A stretch of DNA of 64,000 bases from the IMG/VR virus record IMGVR_UViG_3300033233_001970, one strand, 5' to 3'. Position numbers and translations under genes: made by a program. The notes below the pieces were generated by a model. That model searched no databases and was not told where the DNA came from. It worked only from the letters and a program-made list of their open reading frames with translations. The stretch's first letter is position 1. Each line of letters starts with the position of its first letter. The DNA is from a virus (lineage: Duplodnaviria; Caudoviricetes). Below are positions 58,608-64,000 of this stretch, one piece after another.

Positions 58608-59657
58608 CTATACGCTTGGTGGTGGCGGAGGCGGCTGAACGAGCTGCCATACACGAATACCTGGAATGATCGGAAGTGTGACGGTATTTGGAACGCAGTT
58701 CCCATTACCGTCATCGTGCGTTCCAGACGAACAAGAAGTGTCTCCGCCCGTCGTAGGCACCGTCAGCGTAAAGCGTGCGCGATCGGCTCCGGTATCCGAC
58801 GGATCCCACGTTGGATCGGCCGACACGGCTGCCGCGTTGTGGGCAAAAATGATCTGTTTCGCGATGTCATCGTTGGCCGGCACGCTAATGCGGTAAGTCG
58901 CGCCTTCTTGAAGTACAACTGCCTGAGCCGAGTCTACGGGTTGCCACGTTGGGGACGGTGGCTGCGGAACCACGATAGGCGGCGTCTGGGGTGGAGGTGG
59001 TGGAGGCGGCGGTTGGCGTTGCGGCGGCGCGTTCCATCCAGGTGGCGTATTCTCCAGCACGATCGGTTGCGGCGCGGGCGTCGCCGCTTCCGCCATCTTC
59101 GGCTTGAGAAGGAAGTACATCCCGAGCCCTACCGCCGCAGCGGTGGTCGCGAGGGCGAGCGTGAGCGTGGTGTTCGTGACAGGGTTCGCGCGTGCCAGCG
59201 GGTAAAGGTGCACTGACCACGGATGCCCGAGCTCGTAGTAGAAGCCGAGGCTCTTGAGAAATTTCTTGAACTTCTCTTGCTCCACGTACGCTCGTTCGGT
59301 CGATCCCCAGTTGAGGAGTTCGTAAAGCGGCCCCTCGGTCGTGATCGTGATGACGGCGTCGTTGCCGTATGGTTCGCCCCGCGCGCGCCAGGCTGCTTGC
59401 GTGTAGACACGCGCGTCGTAATCGAGACTATTTTGTTTGAGCCAATTTTCTACGCGCGTAACGAGCGGGTGGTGCGGCGGCACGTCGTAGTGCGGATTCG
59501 AGAGATGTTTTGGGTAGTGTTTCTGGATCGAGCTCATCGGAGCGCCGATACGCTTTGCAACCGCACGTGCCTCAGCCTGTGTGTCGTACGGTCCGTGATC
59601 CATCGTATTCGTGATTACGAACCACTTACGTTTACCAGGGGATTTTCGCGCAGTCAT
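58608..59657 (-). CDS. NP-delimited multimodule membrane protein
   Basis: GPYDTQAEA; LSNP; ARANP + TM + poly-Pro + WPxDD-like domain. Confidence 0.75.
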   Translation of the reverse strand: MTARKSPGKRKWFVITNTMDHGPYDTQAEARAVAKRIGAPMSSIQKHYPKHLSNPHYDVPPHHPLVTRVENWLKQNSLDYDARVYTQAAWRARGEPYGNDAVITITTEGPLYELLNWGSTERAYVEQEKFKKFLKSLGFYYELGHPWSVHLYPLARANPVTNTTLTLALATTAAAVGLGMYFLLKPKMAEAATPAPQPIVLENTPPGWNAPPQRQPPPPPPPPQTPPIVVPQPPSPTWQPVDSAQAVVLQEGATYRISVPANDDIAKQIIFAHNAAAVSADPTWDPSDTGADRARFTLTVPTTGGDTSCSSGTHDDGNGNCVPNTVTLPIIPGIRVWQLVQPPPPPPSV

Positions 59658-59658
59658 T

Positions 59659-60039
59659 TCAACCGCCCTGTTGGTAGACCTTAAGCCCAACGACCGACTG
59701 CACATCTGCCGGGAGCGGAGGGATCGCCATTGTTGGCTGCGTCCACGTGCCCTGGGCGCGGTATCGATTGGCGGCCAGATCATCCTTCGGCCAATCGCCA
59801 GGGATGGGATCTTTATCGCTAAACAGCGTCACGCCTTGCGTCCCGAGCGCTTCACGCACGTTGGCGCTGATGCGATAAATCTTGCCCTGGACGAGCTGCG
59901 TGGCGGGTGCCCACGAACCTCCTGTGGGCGGCAGCGACGCTGCCGCCGCCGTCTTCGGCTTCAGCCAAAAGTAAACACCGCCTCCAACAACGAGGGCGGT
60001 CAGACCAACAGCGAGCGCGGTTTCTCCAGTGGTTGCCAT
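59659..60039 (-). CDS. single-pass membrane protein with WPxDD domain
   Basis: TM GGGVYFWLKPK; LVQGKIYRIS...GDWPKDD..RYR. Confidence 0.7.
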   Translation of the reverse strand: MATTGETALAVGLTALVVGGGVYFWLKPKTAAAASLPPTGGSWAPATQLVQGKIYRISANVREALGTQGVTLFSDKDPIPGDWPKDDLAANRYRAQGTWTQPTMAIPPLPADVQSVVGLKVYQQGG

Positions 60040-60045
60040 GACGAC

Positions 60046-60074
60046 AAGATACCATCTTGCCGTTCCGCAAGAAA
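60046..60074 (-). promoter_or_regulatory. putative promoter TTTCTTGCGGAACGGCAAGATGGTATCTT
   Basis: matches 38244..38272. Confidence 0.6.
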
Positions 60075-60100
60075 CATCGTTTTTGATCCGAAAACGCCGA

Positions 60101-60556
60101 TCAGACCGTCACTTGTGTGGTTCCGGCCGCGATCCGATCATCGGCGTCCTTTTGGAGCGACGTTAGCGCTACCGCCGCACTGGACTCGTTGTAGGTGTAG
60201 TTGTTGTGGCCGTTCCCGTAATCGATCGTGGCTCCCCACTTGAAATCGTTGTTAATGAAGTACGTGGAGTACGGATAGCCTCTGTACGTTCCGGAAACGA
60301 TTTGCGTGACGCCCGTAGGAATCGTTCCGGTATTAGGCTCCAGGCAAACGTAGCAATTGCCTTGCGTCGCTGGAACGGCCGGAACGACGGGAGCGGCTGA
60401 CGCAGCTTTAGGCTGTTTGGATGCGATGTACGCAACGACGGCCCACGCGGCGCCGATGACAGTAGCTCCGAAGAGCATTCCCGTTGCGAAGGGCCCAACT
60501 TTTGGCTCACCCCCACCCGCGATCGGTTCTTCGATAGCAACAAATCGATTTCTCAT
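60101..60556 (-). CDS. single-pass membrane protein with HicB-like domain
   Basis: TM; YRGYPY.....KWGA; ATGA overlap. Confidence 0.65.
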   Translation of the reverse strand: MRNRFVAIEEPIAGGGEPKVGPFATGMLFGATVIGAAWAVVAYIASKQPKAASAAPVVPAVPATQGNCYVCLEPNTGTIPTGVTQIVSGTYRGYPYSTYFINNDFKWGATIDYGNGHNNYTYNESSAAVALTSLQKDADDRIAAGTTQVTV

Positions 60557-61386
60557 CTTACATGCCTCGGCTTGTCTACTTTGCGAACCCACCAAGGTTT
60601 ACCAAATGGACCGTAGTGATCGTAGCGCGCTGTCCATCGCATCAGACCGATAGGCGTGAATGTGTCGATGTGATGGGGTTGGTATTTCGCGTAGAACGCT
60701 TCGACGGTCATGGGCGGTTGACGCTTGTGCTCGATGGTTTGCCAATCGTAGACGAGGCCGCCGCGCTCGGCCCAAGCATGCGCGTAATCTTGACCCTCGA
60801 GAGGTCCCGAGGGGTGACGAGCCCAACCGTGCGCGATCACCATCAACGGCGGCGGAGAGTTGTGTTTGAGATAATCGACAGCCGTCCTGAAGGCGTAGCG
60901 GTAACAGTCGCCGCACGCCTCGATGGGATTCGGTTGTCGTGAGAGCTCATGAACCTTCACGATCTGATCGGCCGGCAAACGACCTACGTGCCGAACCGAT
61001 CGCACAGCAGCGAGCGTCGTTTGCCAATCGCGCGTGTTCAGCGGGTACGGAACTGTTCCGTCTTTGACGAGTTTCTTCCATCGCGCCTCACCCATCGCTC
61101 GCTTGAGACCGAGTCGCTTTGACCATTCGGCGAGCAAATATTGAGGCGGCACGGCGTACGGACGTACGTCAGCCTCCAGGTTTTTCTCGTCGACCTCGAC
61201 CTCGAGCACGATGGGATCGCTGATGGGCTCCGTTTCGAGCACGCTGACGTTGGCTGCGCGCGTGGACGCGTAGAACGCGGCGTACACAAACACGTCCGTG
61301 AGAAACGGACTCCACAAGCCCATCTTTTTGATGGTCATGGGCGCCATCGAGAAGCGGTACGTCGAGGTGCCGTGAAAAAGGCGCAC
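60553..61386 (-). CDS. ADP-ribosyltransferase-like domain + QPNP + transglutaminase-like domain
   Basis: LFHGTS....I.K.GL..FLT....A..YA....PIVLEV; then CGDCY...HG...AHAWAE..LVYD. Confidence 0.65.
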   Translation of the reverse strand: MRLFHGTSTYRFSMAPMTIKKMGLWSPFLTDVFVYAAFYASTRAANVSVLETEPISDPIVLEVEVDEKNLEADVRPYAVPPQYLLAEWSKRLGLKRAMGEARWKKLVKDGTVPYPLNTRDWQTTLAAVRSVRHVGRLPADQIVKVHELSRQPNPIEACGDCYRYAFRTAVDYLKHNSPPPLMVIAHGWARHPSGPLEGQDYAHAWAERGGLVYDWQTIEHKRQPPMTVEAFYAKYQPHHIDTFTPIGLMRWTARYDHYGPFGKPWWVRKVDKPRHVR

Positions 61387-61387
61387 G

Positions 61388-61801
61388 TTACGAAACGGTT
61401 GCGGGCGGATCCTTCGGCGTGTCCGGAGGCGCGGGCGGAGGAGGCGGAGCCGCGTTTTCGGCCTTCTTCGCCTCGACGACATTCTTCATGAGGCCAGGCA
61501 CGGAGATCTCTTTGCCGTTGCGCGCGCTTTCGATCACGAATTCGTGCCCGAGAATCGCAGCCAGCGCCGCCGAGAGACCCCACATGAGCGCGTCTTTCCA
61601 GCTCGCACCGGTTGCGAGTCGCTGACACGACCCCGCAACAACACCGCCGACGAGCGCGATCCAGATGCGCGCGCGCGGCGGAATCGTGACGGGAATGGAG
61701 GTATCGTCTTTGAGAACGCGAACTGCGAAACCAATGACGAGCGCCGCGAGCGCCCACCATGCATGGTTCTTTACGAGGGTGACGATGATTTGCGGATCCA
61801 T
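61388..61801 (-). CDS. holin-like three-TM protein
   Basis: AAGGAG RBS; three short TMs, charged/Pro tail. Confidence 0.5.
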   Translation of the reverse strand: MDPQIIVTLVKNHAWWALAALVIGFAVRVLKDDTSIPVTIPPRARIWIALVGGVVAGSCQRLATGASWKDALMWGLSAALAAILGHEFVIESARNGKEISVPGLMKNVVEAKKAENAAPPPPPAPPDTPKDPPATVS

Positions 61802-62031
61802 GAGTTATCTCCTTGCCGAACGGCAACGATTCTAACTCTTTTTGGAAAATGAGATCGATCGGACTTTCTCGGCGACGCGGTTCGCGCGTTCGAGGGTCTT
61901 GACGCGCATCTTCTTGTTGGCCTCGACCGGCGATTCGTCTTCGTCACGATCGTCCTTCTTGCGAGCGCCGGTGATCTGCTGCTCGTTCACCTCACTCGTC
62001 GGAACTTCGGCTTTCATGGTCGAAGATGCCA

Positions 62032-62592
62032 TCACGTCCTCCGGTTCGCAGCTTCCATCAGAATTTCCAGTTGGGTCTCGATAGACCCGAGCGATCGATT
62101 GAGCTCGGCTTTCCACTTCGCTTCGTCTTTGGCCGATTCGTTGATGTCGCGTTCGATTGAGTATCTCTGATCACGCTCGCGACCGACCTCGCTCTTCACC
62201 TCTTCGATTCTACTCCGAAGCTGATCGATCTGTCGTTGAAGTTCTTCAACGGACATGACGTCCGGCCGTGAACCTCGCGAGAGACGCATCTCACGCTCTT
62301 CTACTTCGTGAAATCTCTTCTGCACTTCGGTGCGGAACTGATCGAGCTCGAGACGAAGTCCCTGCCTTGTTTGTTCGAACACCGTTCTGTTTTCCACGAA
62401 AAGTTTGCGGGTGTCAGCGACAATCGGCTTGAGCTCTGTAGCGGCTTTGAGCGCGGTCTCGGCTGTTTCGTTCGCCGCCTTCGCTACTTTTTCAGCCGAT
62501 CGGAAGCGACGATACACTTCACCGATCGCGGCGGCTCCGGCGCCGCCGACCCATCCGCTAACCTGATGAAGAAGATCGACGAAGTCGGCCAT
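62032..62592 (-). CDS. N-anchored coiled-coil protein
   Basis: short hydrophobic N-segment then long heptad-rich helix; TAGAAT-N6-ATG. Confidence 0.65.
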   Translation of the reverse strand: MADFVDLLHQVSGWVGGAGAAAIGEVYRRFRSAEKVAKAANETAETALKAATELKPIVADTRKLFVENRTVFEQTRQGLRLELDQFRTEVQKRFHEVEEREMRLSRGSRPDVMSVEELQRQIDQLRSRIEEVKSEVGRERDQRYSIERDINESAKDEAKWKAELNRSLGSIETQLEILMEAANRRT

Positions 62593-62623
62593 CGAGAGAT
62601 TCTACCTCACGGCCGGATCCGAC

Positions 62624-63064
62624 TCACGCAGCTTTCTTCTTCGCTCGATCGTGCAGCTCCAGGATCCGAACGAAAGCGCTGTTGGTCAGCGCGTTTTTTC
62701 TCTTAGACTGAATGAGCTGTGTGGTGTCGTAGGCCGAAACGCCAAGCGTTTCGAGCGCAATTCCGGTGACGAGCCCGGACCGGTTTCTCCCCATTGCGCA
62801 CGTCGTTAAAACTCGAGCTCCTGCCCGAAGTCTCGCCGCGACATTCTCGCCGGCTTGAATCGCAAGACGGATTTCTTGCGGCGTAGGGTGATCCGTATCA
62901 TCAAGCGGCACGTGGAGAACCGTGACACCAGGATAGGTGCTCGCCGGAAACTGAAGCTCGTACGCGCAGAGGACAAGCACGTCGAAAATACCTCGGAGCT
63001 CGGTTCCTGGTATCGGGAAAGAACCTTGGGCTAAGACAGGTTCGATGATGTACGAGTATCCCAT
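62624..63064 (-). CDS. dual-specificity/tyrosine phosphatase family protein
   Basis: PLDD general acid; VLTTCAMGRNRSG (CX5R); AL.N..F. Confidence 0.85.
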   Translation of the reverse strand: MGYSYIIEPVLAQGSFPIPGTELRGIFDVLVLCAYELQFPASTYPGVTVLHVPLDDTDHPTPQEIRLAIQAGENVAARLRAGARVLTTCAMGRNRSGLVTGIALETLGVSAYDTTQLIQSKRKNALTNSAFVRILELHDRAKKKAA

Positions 63065-63073
63065 GTTCCCCTC

Positions 63074-63724
63074 CTACTTAGCAGCTTGCGGCAAAAGCGC
63101 ATCGATCTGCTCGTGCACATGTGCCAAAAGATCGTCGCGCGTCGTCCCGTTGACGGAAAAACCTTCGTTCCCGAACGCGTACCTCGCCGTCCATGTGCCG
63201 CCCGAACGGCGTATGTCGAAAACGATTCCTTTGTAGAAAAGGCGCTCAGTCGGCAACGGCCACAGATACGCAAGGAGCGCTCCGCCACCCGTCACGATGG
63301 CGGCAATGCTGCCGATCCAGAGTGCAGCTCTGGCCGGCGCTGAAAGCGTGTCGGGATGGAAAATCGCTTGGTCAACGACGGGAGGCGTGACCGACGGCGC
63401 GAGCGGATTCGCGCGACGAATGGAGTGCGAATCTATGAATCGTATGGCTCCATGAGTTGCTTCGTCGATCGTAGCTCCGTAAAATTTGTTGGAGCCAGAG
63501 CCGACGATAATCGCTTCGAAGTTCGCTTTTGCGCGAAAAGCGTGAGGCAATTGATGCATTTGCCGGTACTGCGGCGTGAACGACCGACCTGGACGTACTT
63601 CGATCTTTGCGCCACGGTAGTAGTCAACGTGCACAGGTTTCGCGATCGGATTTGCGCGACGAAGCTGCGAACGGCTCAGAAGAACCGGTACGCCTTTGCC
63701 GATGTACGTGACCCGCTTCTTCAT
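63074..63724 (-). CDS. RRANP-delimited protein: two HicB-like domains and a TM
   Basis: LRRANPIA, IRRANPLA joints. Confidence 0.75.
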   Translation of the reverse strand: MKKRVTYIGKGVPVLLSRSQLRRANPIAKPVHVDYYRGAKIEVRPGRSFTPQYRQMHQLPHAFRAKANFEAIIVGSGSNKFYGATIDEATHGAIRFIDSHSIRRANPLAPSVTPPVVDQAIFHPDTLSAPARAALWIGSIAAIVTGGGALLAYLWPLPTERLFYKGIVFDIRRSGGTWTARYAFGNEGFSVNGTTRDDLLAHVHEQIDALLPQAAK

Positions 63725-63727
63725 GGC

Positions 63728-64000
63728 TCACCGGATGTTTCGGTTGTTGTTCATCGCGCTGATCGCTGCGTGAAATCTCATCTCTGTCTCTAGGGACAAC
63801 AGGCTTGCCTTGTCCTGTTCCCGACCCGAGAGACGCGAATACTGAAGAATCCCTTCTGCTGATCCGAACGATTTCGATCCGAGAGCAAGAGCGTACGCGG
63901 CGTGCGCTACGCTGCCTTTCTCGAACTGGGTTGCTGCCTCTTTGTATTTCTTGATGGCGTCCTTGTAGAACTCTTCGACTTCGAAAAACTGAACGTGCAT
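63728..64000 (-). CDS. helical hypothetical protein (may extend beyond window)
   Basis: open to window edge. Confidence 0.5.
   Translation of the reverse strand: MHVQFFEVEEFYKDAIKKYKEAATQFEKGSVAHAAYALALGSKSFGSAEGILQYSRLSGREQDKASLLSLETEMRFHAAISAMNNNRNIR

Overview
A GC-rich (roughly 60%), very densely packed, mosaic segment of what is most probably a large bacterial virus or virus-like element. It has about 100 short, often translationally coupled ORFs and frequent strand switches. I found no ribosomal or housekeeping operons, no rRNA, tRNA or CRISPR array, and no recognisable terminase, portal or polymerase. Recognisable cargo: RadC/JAB protein, AAA_33-type P-loop kinase, radical SAM enzyme, nucleotidyltransferase, PTH2, SGNH hydrolase, CHAP+DUF192 fusion, DUF1906-type and lysozyme-like wall hydrolases, dual-specificity phosphatase, J-domain-like protein, thaumatin-like protein, collagen and Gly-rich fibre-like proteins, and holin-like membrane proteins. 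The most striking unexplained structure is a window-wide peptide 'punctuation mark', [R/K/E/A/S/P]-Asn-Pro (RRNP, RKNP, ENP, ANP, SNP, RPNP). By manual count it occurs at about 60 sites in about 39 ORFs. It sits just after the start Met, at the joints between independently shuffled domains, or just before a single transmembrane anchor. This suggests a polyprotein processing or virion-targeting system, with two transglutaminase-like Cys-His-Asp/Glu modules as candidate proteases. The fibre-like proteins instead carry two different conserved N-terminal peptides, and many genes look leaderless (TAnnnT-N6-ATG). All family assignments come from visual motif recognition, not from database searches.
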